Below, piece by piece: positions 33,501-42,121 of a stretch of DNA of 54,606 bases. Source of the stretch: an uncultured Armatimonadia bacterium (GTDB lineage Bacteria; Armatimonadota; Zipacnadia; Zipacnadales; UBA11051); the NCBI GenBank assembly GCA_964498775.1, contig CAZCJS010000002.1, positions 6,142 through 60,747 on the forward strand. The letters run 5' to 3'. The notes beneath the pieces are model-generated. The model was not told the origin of the DNA and did no database searches. It saw nothing but the letters and a program-made list of their open reading frames with translations. Numbering within the stretch: position 1 is the stretch's first letter; the number at the start of each line of letters is the position of its first letter. Made by a program: the position numbers and the translations under genes.

Positions 33501-35015
33501 GTGTCCTTAACGAGAATTAACCAGAATATATCGGCAATCAACGCACAAAGAAACCTGGAGCTCAACACCGGACGCATCAGTAAGAGCATCGAACGGTTGT
33601 CCAGCGGTCTGCGTATCAACCGTGGTGCTGACGATCCGTCCGGGCTGGTGATGTCGGAGCTTCTGCGCGCCCAGGTCTCCGGCCTTGACGTCGCCCAGCA
33701 AAACTCAGAACAGGGCGTGAACGTTATCAAGACGGCTGAAGGCGCTCTCAACGAAGTCAATGCTCTTCTGCGCCAGATGCGCGATCTGGCCGTCAACGCC
33801 GCATCCGACTCCAACAACAACGACGACTCGCGCGCCGCTCTGCAGCAGCAGGTGAGTTCGGGCATTGCCACGATCAGTCAGATCGCCAATAACACCATGT
33901 ACGGCAGCCGGGCCTTGCTCGATGGTACGGCCGGCACCAAGACCACCATCATCAACAAGCAGGACATCGGTTCGGCCTCGCTGACCCTTGGCGCCGAAGA
34001 GGCCGGTTACGTTGAGGTCACCATTGACACGGCAGCCGAACAGGCCGAAGTCGAATCCAACTTCACCGTTGCCGGCGCTGCGATCACTGGCGCAGGCCAG
34101 GCCGTATCCGCCGCGATCAATGCCATCAATGTGGGTGAATGGGGTGCTGCAGAGACTGCCAACCTCGTCATCAATGGCGTCACCATTATGGCTATTGATA
34201 ATACCACCACCTTCACCGATGTCCTCACCGCCGTCAATACCAACACCGAAGTTGATGTAACCGCCGAGTTGACCGGTACTGGCGGGGTGGACATGGAGTT
34301 GAACTTTCACAGCGACGCCTACGGTGCCGATGAGCATATCAGCGTTGAGTATGACGTCGGTGTTGACACCATCAATCTCGAAGGCATCATCAGTGGCACG
34401 GCGGACGTAAAGTTCGGCGCTGACAATGGTGTGGATATGGTGGGTCATGCGCACTTCAACGGCGGCGCGGCCGTTAACTTCCACGATGGCTCCGGCTTGA
34501 CGCTAAGCAACACTACTCACGGCAGCATCGTAATAGACGCAGGCGCCAACAGTGCTCAGACTTTCACAGACGCCTTATATGTGGAAGAGGGCGAGCTGTC
34601 GTTCCAGATCGGCGTAAATCAGAATCAGACCGCCGGGATGGAAATAGGCGACTGCCGGGCTACCGCTCTGGGTACTGGAGTAGATGCCACCTACACAAGC
34701 CTTTCGCTCATTGACATCAGTACCGTCGAGGGTGCTAGTGCCGCGCTATCGGTAATTGACGGGGCGATCAATGAGATATCCACGCTGCGTGGTAATCTCG
34801 GCGCATTCCAGGTCAACGAGTTGGAAGCCCAGACCCGGTCGCTGGCGGTAGCCAGAGAGAACCTGGCTGCGTCGGAGAGTTCAATCCGAGACACCGACTT
34901 TGGCCGTGAAATGGCAGAATTCACCACTAGCCAGATCCTGGTCCAGTCGGCTACGTCATTCCTCGCGCAGGCCAATGCCTTGCCGCAAAACGTGCTGACG
35001 CTGGTTCGTGGTTAG
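33501..35015 (+). CDS. fliC: flagellin, copy 1
   Basis: 504 aa, GTG start after AAGGAGGA. MSLTRINQNISAINAQRNLELNTGRISKSIERLSSGLRINRGADDPSGL. C-terminal RDTDFGREMAEFTTSQILVQSATSFLAQANALPQNVLTLVRG. The central region contains a flagellin-IN-like motif, LVINGVTIMAIDNTTTFTDVLTAVN. Confidence 0.95.
   Translation: MSLTRINQNISAINAQRNLELNTGRISKSIERLSSGLRINRGADDPSGLVMSELLRAQVSGLDVAQQNSEQGVNVIKTAEGALNEVNALLRQMRDLAVNAASDSNNNDDSRAALQQQVSSGIATISQIANNTMYGSRALLDGTAGTKTTIINKQDIGSASLTLGAEEAGYVEVTIDTAAEQAEVESNFTVAGAAITGAGQAVSAAINAINVGEWGAAETANLVINGVTIMAIDNTTTFTDVLTAVNTNTEVDVTAELTGTGGVDMELNFHSDAYGADEHISVEYDVGVDTINLEGIISGTADVKFGADNGVDMVGHAHFNGGAAVNFHDGSGLTLSNTTHGSIVIDAGANSAQTFTDALYVEEGELSFQIGVNQNQTAGMEIGDCRATALGTGVDATYTSLSLIDISTVEGASAALSVIDGAINEISTLRGNLGAFQVNELEAQTRSLAVARENLAASESSIRDTDFGREMAEFTTSQILVQSATSFLAQANALPQNVLTLVRG
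33606..34732 (+). repeat. 100% identical block shared by the two flagellin genes (copy 1 side)
   Basis: Offset is exactly 1945 bp. First mismatches are at 33605/35550 and 34733/36678. I found no differences in between when reading both copies, and the antisense track ORFs inside both copies are identical. Confidence 0.9.
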
Positions 35016-35081
35016 TCCTAGAGGACGCGGAGCGTCCTTAGAAAACGACACAGCTAACCTATCCGTATAGTTCGCTGCAGT

Positions 35082-35122
35082 GCAAGCGCCCGGCCTTCAA
35101 AACCGGGCGCTTGCTCTTGTTG
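35082..35122 (+). terminator. rho-independent terminator after flagellin copy 1
   Basis: GCAAGCGCCCGG-ccttcaaaa-CCGGGCGCTTGC (perfect 12-bp stem) followed by TCTTGTTG. Confidence 0.8.
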
Positions 35123-35253
35123 CGGCTTATTTCGCCGCTCGACCGTCCTCCCGAGGCTCACCCTCTTTCGCCAACGGCTTGCGACCATTGCCGTCCTTGC
35201 AACTCTGGCCGCGCCCTCCTTCGCCGGTAACACGCCTGTAAACAGAATAGCTC

Positions 35254-35280
35254 TAAAGCGTAATAGCCGTCTGCCGATAT
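35254..35280 (+). promoter_or_regulatory. sigma-28 (FliA/SigD) type promoter of flagellin copy 2
   Basis: TAAA-N15-GCCGATAT, an exact match to the SigD/FliA consensus geometry. 166 nt upstream of the GTG. Confidence 0.7.
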
Positions 35281-35390
35281 AGGACGTGCCGACAGCGAGG
35301 CGGCAGGATACCATTCACAACAATACTGTAGCGAGGTGATGCACACTGCTATAACCGTGCTCAAAGTGAGGCAGTCTGATGCACCAGGGG

Positions 35391-35435
35391 GGCAAGGAAG
35401 CCGCTAGCGCACCCAATATATTGATTCAAGGAGGA
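35391..35435 (+). promoter_or_regulatory. paired CsrA-binding-site candidates in the flagellin 2 leader
   Basis: GGC-AAGGAA-GCC (35391-35402; AAGGAAGCCGC is identical to copy 1) plus the SD CAAGGAGGA (35427-35435). The rest of the leader is unrelated to that of copy 1. Confidence 0.55.
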
Positions 35436-35445
35436 ATCATTAGCT

Positions 35446-36960
35446 GTGTCGTTAACCAGAATAAACCAAAACATATCAGCGATTAACGCACAAAGAAACC
35501 TGGAGATCAACACCGGACGCATCAGCAAGAGCATCGAGCGGTTGGCCAGTGGTCTGCGTATCAACCGTGGTGCTGACGATCCGTCCGGGCTGGTGATGTC
35601 GGAGCTTCTGCGCGCCCAGGTCTCCGGCCTTGACGTCGCCCAGCAAAACTCAGAACAGGGCGTGAACGTTATCAAGACGGCTGAAGGCGCTCTCAACGAA
35701 GTCAATGCTCTTCTGCGCCAGATGCGCGATCTGGCCGTCAACGCCGCATCCGACTCCAACAACAACGACGACTCGCGCGCCGCTCTGCAGCAGCAGGTGA
35801 GTTCGGGCATTGCCACGATCAGTCAGATCGCCAATAACACCATGTACGGCAGCCGGGCCTTGCTCGATGGTACGGCCGGCACCAAGACCACCATCATCAA
35901 CAAGCAGGACATCGGTTCGGCCTCGCTGACCCTTGGCGCCGAAGAGGCCGGTTACGTTGAGGTCACCATTGACACGGCAGCCGAACAGGCCGAAGTCGAA
36001 TCCAACTTCACCGTTGCCGGCGCTGCGATCACTGGCGCAGGCCAGGCCGTATCCGCCGCGATCAATGCCATCAATGTGGGTGAATGGGGTGCTGCAGAGA
36101 CTGCCAACCTCGTCATCAATGGCGTCACCATTATGGCTATTGATAATACCACCACCTTCACCGATGTCCTCACCGCCGTCAATACCAACACCGAAGTTGA
36201 TGTAACCGCCGAGTTGACCGGTACTGGCGGGGTGGACATGGAGTTGAACTTTCACAGCGACGCCTACGGTGCCGATGAGCATATCAGCGTTGAGTATGAC
36301 GTCGGTGTTGACACCATCAATCTCGAAGGCATCATCAGTGGCACGGCGGACGTAAAGTTCGGCGCTGACAATGGTGTGGATATGGTGGGTCATGCGCACT
36401 TCAACGGCGGCGCGGCCGTTAACTTCCACGATGGCTCCGGCTTGACGCTAAGCAACACTACTCACGGCAGCATCGTAATAGACGCAGGCGCCAACAGTGC
36501 TCAGACTTTCACAGACGCCTTATATGTGGAAGAGGGCGAGCTGTCGTTCCAGATCGGCGTAAATCAGAATCAGACCGCCGGGATGGAAATAGGCGACTGC
36601 CGGGCTACCGCTCTGGGTACTGGAGTAGATGCCACCTACACAAGCCTTTCGCTCATTGACATCAGTACCGTCGAGGGCGCAACTGCCGCGCTATCGGTAA
36701 TTGACGAGGCGATCAACGAAATATCCACCCTGCGTGGCAGCCTGGGGGCCTTCCAGGTCAACGAGCTGGAAGCTCAGACCCGGTCGCTGGCGGTAGCCAG
36801 AGAGAACCTGGCCGCTTCAGAGAGCGCGATTCGCGATACCGATTTCGGACGTGAGATGGCTGAGTTCACCACTAGCCAGATTCTAGTCCAGTCGGCTACG
36901 GCATTCCTCGCGCAGGCCAACGCCATGCCACAGAATGTGTTAACCCTGATCCAAGGATAG
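35446..36960 (+). CDS. fliC: flagellin, copy 2
   Basis: 504 aa with a GTG start. Differs from copy 1 only near the termini (about ten substitutions by eye, for example LEI/LEL, LAS/LSS, GAT/GAS, DEA/DGA, GSL/GNL, SAI/SSI, TAF/TSF, NAM/NAL, LIQG/LVRG). Confidence 0.95.
   Translation: MSLTRINQNISAINAQRNLEINTGRISKSIERLASGLRINRGADDPSGLVMSELLRAQVSGLDVAQQNSEQGVNVIKTAEGALNEVNALLRQMRDLAVNAASDSNNNDDSRAALQQQVSSGIATISQIANNTMYGSRALLDGTAGTKTTIINKQDIGSASLTLGAEEAGYVEVTIDTAAEQAEVESNFTVAGAAITGAGQAVSAAINAINVGEWGAAETANLVINGVTIMAIDNTTTFTDVLTAVNTNTEVDVTAELTGTGGVDMELNFHSDAYGADEHISVEYDVGVDTINLEGIISGTADVKFGADNGVDMVGHAHFNGGAAVNFHDGSGLTLSNTTHGSIVIDAGANSAQTFTDALYVEEGELSFQIGVNQNQTAGMEIGDCRATALGTGVDATYTSLSLIDISTVEGATAALSVIDEAINEISTLRGSLGAFQVNELEAQTRSLAVARENLAASESAIRDTDFGREMAEFTTSQILVQSATAFLAQANAMPQNVLTLIQG
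35551..36677 (+). repeat. 100% identical block shared by the two flagellin genes (copy 2 side)
   Basis: Partner of 33606-34732. Confidence 0.9.
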
Positions 36961-37007
36961 GCGTCTTGGCTCGGGGACACTTATCATAGCAGTGCGTTCC
37001 AGTCCAC

Positions 37008-37052
37008 GCGGGCGCTCGCTCCAGACTCTGACCGAGCGCCCGCATCATTTCT
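37008..37052 (+). terminator. terminator hairpin after flagellin copy 2
   Basis: GCGGGCGCTCG-N14-CGAGCGCCCGC (perfect 11-bp stem) followed by ATCATTTCT, a weak U-tract. Confidence 0.6.
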
Positions 37053-37165
37053 AAAGCCCATTCTTACGCTGCTATTTGGTGCGGGCCAATTCTCCAGCCT
37101 GAATCGGCCCTGCCATTGCTTCAACACAGTCCTGCCATATACCTGTTACACGCTGTGAGTTGCTC

Positions 37166-37192
37166 TAAAGAACTCGCCTGAAATGGCGATGA
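37166..37192 (+). promoter_or_regulatory. sigma-28 type promoter candidate for fliD-fliS
   Basis: TAAA-N15-GGCGATGA (6/8 in the -10 element). About 100 nt upstream of the fliD ATG and downstream of the flagellin 2 terminator. Confidence 0.45.
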
Positions 37193-37290
37193 ACATATGG
37201 GGTACAAGCTTCGCTTGCGCCAAGCCTGGGGTATTCTGGACATCCCACGGCGCACCCGCGGAACGGTGCCAGGCTTGTAGGAGGAGAATC

Positions 37291-39558
37291 ATGTCTTGGA
37301 ATCTGGGAAGCATATACATAGATGGTCTGGCGTCGGGTATTGATACCTCGGCGATAATCCAGCAGATAGCGCAAATCCAGCAGCGGCCGGTGCAGTTGCT
37401 GGAAGCGCGCAAGAGCGAACAGACCGATCGGCTGGCGATCTACCAGTCGCTGAATGCAATGCTGTCAGGCCTGGGTATGAGCGCCGGGACAATGACGGAA
37501 CCCGCAAGCTTCATCTCCTACAGCGGTGTGAGCAGTGATAGCGCTGCTCTGGCGGTCACGACATCGAGCGCCGGCGCTCCGGGCAGCTATAGCGTGGTCA
37601 TCGAGACTCTGGCAAGCGCACATAAGGTCTCCTCGGGGACGGTCGCCGATGATGCTGAGGCGCTGGGCTATGCCGGTGACATCCGCATCAACGGCGTGAC
37701 TGTTACGATCGAGAACGCAGATAGCCTGAACAATATCGCTGCGAAGATGAACACATCTGGAGCGGGTGTATGGGCCACGGTGATTGATTATGCCGAAGAC
37801 GATCACCGGCTGGTGGTGACGAGCCGGCAAACCGGCGCCGATAACGCCATCGCGATAGTTGATGCCAATAGCGGTGATATTCTCGAGGGGCTCGGCCTGC
37901 TGGATTCGAGTACGTCCATCAAGCACGCCATCGCCGACGGTGCAGAAAGTGACGCATTTACATCCTCGAGTGGAGTGATGGGGGATTTGCTCGAGCTGAG
38001 CGGTGGGCTGTCGGGGACGGTGCAGATCAATGGCACAGATGTGGACATAGACCTGGCGAGCGATACACTGCAGAATATCGCGTCGCGTATCACCAGTGAA
38101 GTTCCGGACGTAACGGCAAGCGTGGTGTCGGTCGAAGACGACGGGAATTACACATACACACTGCGGATCGTGGGGGGGGCAGGGACGCCGAGCTTCAGCG
38201 ATGACAATAATGTGCTGCACAGCCTGGGTGTGCTGACCAAGGACGCTGCGCATGAAGTGCAGGCGGCGGGGGATGCCAGGCTGAGTGTGGATGGCGTGAC
38301 CGTGTATCGCCCGACTAACAGCGTCAGCGACCTGCTAGATGGTCTGACGCTGGATCTGCTGGAGGCTGATGTCGCGAAGACGATAACGGTGACAGTGGCA
38401 CAGGATACGACCGCGACGACCGGGTCTGTATCGCAGCTTCTGTCAGTGTACAACGCCATTGTTGACAATCTGCGTGCGGGGCAGAGCTTCGATGCGGACA
38501 ATGAGACGGGCGGAGTGTACTTCGGGGATCCGTCGGTGCGGCTGCTGGAAAGCGGACTGCACTCGGCAGCGATGAACGCGGTAAGTGCGTTGGGTGGAAG
38601 CATCACACTGCCCTCCCAGATCGGCCTCTCGACTGATGAATACGGTCGGCTGGTTCTGGATGAGAATGCCTTCGCGGAGGCGCTGGCAGATAACCCGCTG
38701 GGTGTGGCGCGCATGTTCGGGACGTCCGGTGACACGAGCCACGCCGATATCAAGTATATCAGCAGCACCAATGAGACCGTCGCGTCGGATGCGAACGGCT
38801 ATGCGGTGGAAATAACGCAGGTGGCGGAGCGGGCTACCGCGACCTCGGCGACACTTGCGGATGGCGTCACAACGGATGAGACGCTGACTTTTGAGAATAT
38901 CTGCATCGTGCAACTGGATGCCGGGATGAGCCTTGCAGATGCGGCCGAGGAGATGAACAGCCGCTTCCAGCTCTTCGACTTGAGCCTGTCTGCGTCGGTC
39001 GTCGGTGACACGGTGGTCGTGGAGCATGACTACTACGGAGATAGCTACGGTTTCAGCGTGTCTTCGAGCCTGGCTCAGGGTGCAGGTGGGCTTGATATCG
39101 GTGGCGCAGGCGCCGGTCAGAATGCGGATTATACAGGAGTGGATGTGGCCGGGACGATCAACGGGGAGACGGCCACAGGCAATGGCCGGTACCTGAGCGG
39201 CGATGTCGGGAATGCGAACACCGCAGGCGTGCTGCTGCGCGTGGATGCGACAAGCACAGGGAGCAAAGGTGCGGTGATGGTCAGCCAGGGGCTGGGCTCG
39301 CGTCTGGAAAGTTATATCAGCGGGGTAATGGAGAACGATACGGGCTCGATGACGATTGCGACCACCAACATCGAGAACGATATCGAGAGCATTGATGAAG
39401 AGATTGAGCGGCTGGAGGCCAGTGTGGAAAGATATCTGACAAGGCTGCGCGCGGATCTGCTAGCGATGGAGACGGTGATAGCCGAGAGTGAAAGCCTGAG
39501 CACGTACATAACGAACCAGCTGAACGGCCTGTCGACAAGCTACGGCAGTAATAGCTAG
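37291..39558 (+). CDS. fliD: flagellar filament cap protein FliD (HAP2), unusually long
   Basis: 755 aa from ATG 37291 (AGGAGGAG upstream). IDGLASGIDTSAIIQQIAQIQQRPVQLLEARKSEQTDRLAIYQSLNAML. C-terminal coiled coil IEEIDEEIERLEASVERYLTRLRADLLAMETVIAESESL. Two flagellin-IN-like motifs (IRINGVTVTIENADSLNNIAAKMN and VQINGTDVDIDLASDTLQNIASRI). The track ORF extends 36 codons upstream. Confidence 0.9.
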   Translation: MSWNLGSIYIDGLASGIDTSAIIQQIAQIQQRPVQLLEARKSEQTDRLAIYQSLNAMLSGLGMSAGTMTEPASFISYSGVSSDSAALAVTTSSAGAPGSYSVVIETLASAHKVSSGTVADDAEALGYAGDIRINGVTVTIENADSLNNIAAKMNTSGAGVWATVIDYAEDDHRLVVTSRQTGADNAIAIVDANSGDILEGLGLLDSSTSIKHAIADGAESDAFTSSSGVMGDLLELSGGLSGTVQINGTDVDIDLASDTLQNIASRITSEVPDVTASVVSVEDDGNYTYTLRIVGGAGTPSFSDDNNVLHSLGVLTKDAAHEVQAAGDARLSVDGVTVYRPTNSVSDLLDGLTLDLLEADVAKTITVTVAQDTTATTGSVSQLLSVYNAIVDNLRAGQSFDADNETGGVYFGDPSVRLLESGLHSAAMNAVSALGGSITLPSQIGLSTDEYGRLVLDENAFAEALADNPLGVARMFGTSGDTSHADIKYISSTNETVASDANGYAVEITQVAERATATSATLADGVTTDETLTFENICIVQLDAGMSLADAAEEMNSRFQLFDLSLSASVVGDTVVVEHDYYGDSYGFSVSSSLAQGAGGLDIGGAGAGQNADYTGVDVAGTINGETATGNGRYLSGDVGNANTAGVLLRVDATSTGSKGAVMVSQGLGSRLESYISGVMENDTGSMTIATTNIENDIESIDEEIERLEASVERYLTRLRADLLAMETVIAESESLSTYITNQLNGLSTSYGSNS

Positions 39559-39617
39559 CGAGCTTAGGGCCCGACAGCAGAGAGCTGAGACGTAGAGATC
39601 GCATAGGAAGACTGAGA

Positions 39618-40043
39618 GTGGATATGATAGATGGCTACAACGCAGGAAAGCAGGGCTACCCGAAGGTTTACCAGCAGGTGCAGACGCAGGCGGCAGACGA
39701 GAAGCAATTGCTGGTGCTGCTGTTCGATGGGGCGACCCGCCTGCTGCGGGATGGTCGCCGCTTTCTGGTAGCACACAAGTATGAACAATGGGCCGAGTGC
39801 AGCAACCGCGTGCGGCGGATACTCAGCGAGTTGATACTGGCACTTGATGAGGGGGCAGCTCCCGAGCTGTGTGGGTCCTTGAAGGCCCTCTATGTGTACG
39901 TGCAGCGCCTGATCACCGAGGGCGGCCTCGAGGAGGACACCGACAAGCTCGAGGAAGCCATCGAGCTGCTGCAACAGCTCGGCTCGGCATGGAAAGAGGC
40001 AAGATTAACATGCTCCAGTCAGAGAACGCAGAACGCTGCCTGA
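39618..40043 (+). CDS. fliS: flagellin-specific chaperone FliS
   Basis: 141 aa. QQVQTQAADEKQLLVLLFDGATRLLRDG...YEQWAECSNRVRRILSELILALD...LKALYVYVQRLITEG. AGGAAG lies 7 nt before the GTG. Confidence 0.85.
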   Translation: MDMIDGYNAGKQGYPKVYQQVQTQAADEKQLLVLLFDGATRLLRDGRRFLVAHKYEQWAECSNRVRRILSELILALDEGAAPELCGSLKALYVYVQRLITEGGLEEDTDKLEEAIELLQQLGSAWKEARLTCSSQRTQNAA

Positions 40044-40411
40044 GCTCCGGAGGTGTGTTGCCGGCAGAGGCGCAAGATGTGGTCGCTGAATTCCTGCAAC
40101 AGATCGAGCAGCTCTACGATGGACTGATTCGTTACCTGGAGCGGACTTCGTGCGATAAGACTGAGCCGGCCGCGGTCTCGGGACTGCTGCAACAACTGCA
40201 ATTGCTGCTGCTCGGCCTCGATAAGGCGATAGATATGGCGCTGTCGGCGGGAACGCCGCCAGAGCAGCTTGAGGATGTCATCGTGCGAATTGATAATTCA
40301 CACCGGCAGTGCCACGAGATGCTGCAGTCACGCGCCGCAGAGCTTGCGGAGAGAATACTGGCGCTGAGCGACGGCCGCCAGCGTCAGAACGCATATCTAC
40401 AGCATAGTTAA
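40010..40411 (+). CDS. hypothetical helical protein, FliT-like position
   Basis: About 133 aa from ATG 40010, overlapping the fliS 3' end by 34 nt. Leu/Gln-rich helices (VAEFLQQIEQLYDGLIRYLE..LLQQLQLLLLGLDKAID). Function is guessed only from the fliD-fliS-fliT gene order seen in other bacteria. Confidence 0.35.
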   Translation: MLQSENAERCLSSGGVLPAEAQDVVAEFLQQIEQLYDGLIRYLERTSCDKTEPAAVSGLLQQLQLLLLGLDKAIDMALSAGTPPEQLEDVIVRIDNSHRQCHEMLQSRAAELAERILALSDGRQRQNAYLQHS

Positions 40412-40427
40412 TCCCGGCTCTCTGAAG

Positions 40428-42113
40428 ATGAAGTGGAGGATAGGCCAACAGATAAAGCATACTCCATGGGTGGCGGCTGTGGGTCTCTTGGTGCTGATTG
40501 CGGGGGGGACCTCCCCGACTCAAGGTATGCCTGTGCTTAGGAACCTGCAGAGCAAGCTCGACATCGCGAGTGAGTTGCGGGCGCGAAGGGCTGGCGCGGC
40601 CGAACAGGTCAAACCTCCACAGCTCGTTGCACGGTGTTGGATAGATACCTCCAAAACCGAGAATTCCTCAGAAGAACTATCTCCACGCGGACGGCGGCGC
40701 AGAAATTTGAATGCGGCGGCGGCACGTCTCAATGGCGCTGCTGTCTGGCCGGGGAGAGCAACGGGCGTCGTCGCAGATGTCTTGTTGCCACTGCGGCCCG
40801 CAGATGGATTGCACTCCGATGGTTTCTGCTTTGCTCCCGGCAAGCCAGGAGTGGCGATCTGCCTGGGAGCCGGGGCAGAAGACCTACTCCAGGAAGTGGC
40901 GGTGCTGGCTCGTCAAGCTGGTCTACGGGCGGAATGGATTGCGCTGTCGGCCAATAGCCGGCGGTTGCTACCATTCGAGCGGGAACTGCGGCTGCTCTCA
41001 TGCGACGGGGCGGTCTATTACTTCGCGGCACGGCAATGGCGGGATGGGTACGATGTGGCCGTGTGGCGGCAGAGGCTCTCGGAGAAAGTGCTGAAACTGG
41101 CGGCAACGCAGCGAGACGTACAGCCGCTGCGACGGCCTTATGTGACTGTCGCCGCAGTCGGAGACTTGATGCCGGCAGGAGTGGTGCAGACGCGGTTGCT
41201 GCAGGGTGGGGAAGAGGCGCTAAAATCGGTGGCTGAAGTCACGGCGACGGCTGATGTGGCGATAGGCAATTTGGAGTGCCCTCTTACTGACGCGAGGACG
41301 CCGACGCCGCTGAAGAGCAGCCGCGAACTCGCCGCGCGACAGGAGTTCGTGTTCAAGGCGCGACCGCAAGCAGGACGACGACTGGTGCAGAAGCTGGGGC
41401 TGGACATCGTGAGCCTGGCGAATAACCATATTCTCGACTACCAGAGTGCCGGGCTGGAAGATACACAGGCGCATCTGCGAGCGGCGGGTGTGAAGTACAG
41501 CGGCGCAGGGACGCTCAGTGAGGCGAGGAGGCCTGCTATCGTCACGCGGAGGAGCGTCAGAGTGGCCGTGCTGAGTTATGTGGCGGCGGATACGCTGCCT
41601 CGGGCGAGTAGTTTTGCGGCAACCGGCACGCGCCCCGGACCGGCTATGATACGACGCGATCGGCAGGGAGTCACGAAAGCCGGCAGGACGATGATAGCAG
41701 CCGATATCGCAGCAGCTCAGGCCGTCGCCGATATCGTTATCATCGGGCTGCATTGGGGAGAGGAAGGGAGTGCGGAAGTGCGGCCCGGGCAACGGGAACT
41801 GGCGCACTTCTGCATTGACCGGGGTGCGGACATGGTTTGGGGCCATCATCCCCATTGTCTGCAGCCGGTGGAAATATACAAGGAGAAACTCATTGCATAT
41901 AGTCTGGGGAACTTTGTGTTCGCGACACCGGCGCGGGAATGCCTACAGCGGACCGGGATTCTAATAGCGTGTTTTGACACAAGAGGGCTGATAGCGGCAA
42001 GTCTGGTGACGGCGGCTATCGGGCATCCGAACAGCAGGCTGACTGATGCGCCGTATGGATTGCCGGTATTGGTGGGAGATAGTGGCGGAATGAGAACGGC
42101 GGCAACCCGATGA
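40428..42113 (+). CDS. CapA/PGA_cap family metallophosphoesterase-like protein with an uncharacterised N-terminal ~230 aa
   Basis: 561 aa with an N-terminal TM/signal segment. The C-terminal half carries VAAVGDLMPA, GNLECPLTD, DIVSLANNHILDYQSAGLEDT, VAVLSY, IIGLHWGEEGS, DMVWGHHPHCLQPVE and AYSLGNFVF, which together form the CapA-family pattern. Confidence 0.75.
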   Translation: MKWRIGQQIKHTPWVAAVGLLVLIAGGTSPTQGMPVLRNLQSKLDIASELRARRAGAAEQVKPPQLVARCWIDTSKTENSSEELSPRGRRRRNLNAAAARLNGAAVWPGRATGVVADVLLPLRPADGLHSDGFCFAPGKPGVAICLGAGAEDLLQEVAVLARQAGLRAEWIALSANSRRLLPFERELRLLSCDGAVYYFAARQWRDGYDVAVWRQRLSEKVLKLAATQRDVQPLRRPYVTVAAVGDLMPAGVVQTRLLQGGEEALKSVAEVTATADVAIGNLECPLTDARTPTPLKSSRELAARQEFVFKARPQAGRRLVQKLGLDIVSLANNHILDYQSAGLEDTQAHLRAAGVKYSGAGTLSEARRPAIVTRRSVRVAVLSYVAADTLPRASSFAATGTRPGPAMIRRDRQGVTKAGRTMIAADIAAAQAVADIVIIGLHWGEEGSAEVRPGQRELAHFCIDRGADMVWGHHPHCLQPVEIYKEKLIAYSLGNFVFATPARECLQRTGILIACFDTRGLIAASLVTAAIGHPNSRLTDAPYGLPVLVGDSGGMRTAATR

Positions 42114-42121
42114 TGCCCAAG

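Noticed and set aside
33236-33520. 94-aa plus-strand ORF in the flagellin 1 leader
   Set aside because: It overlaps the flagellin SD and start, has no SD of its own, and has no counterpart in the flagellin 2 leader. It is more likely untranslated leader RNA.
33705-36429. Identical 259-aa, 95-aa and 90-aa ORFs inside each flagellin gene (33705-34484 and 35650-36429 on the minus strand, plus smaller ones)
   Set aside because: Their duplication only reflects the identical flagellin core. They are antisense or alternative frames of a certain CDS, with Gly/Asp/Val-rich mirror composition.
37837-37844. Exact GCCGATAA and GCCGATAT octamers inside coding sequence (fliD 37837-37844; motB 5753-5760)
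   Set aside because: They are intragenic, have no TAAA at the N15 position, and are expected by chance in GC-rich coding DNA.
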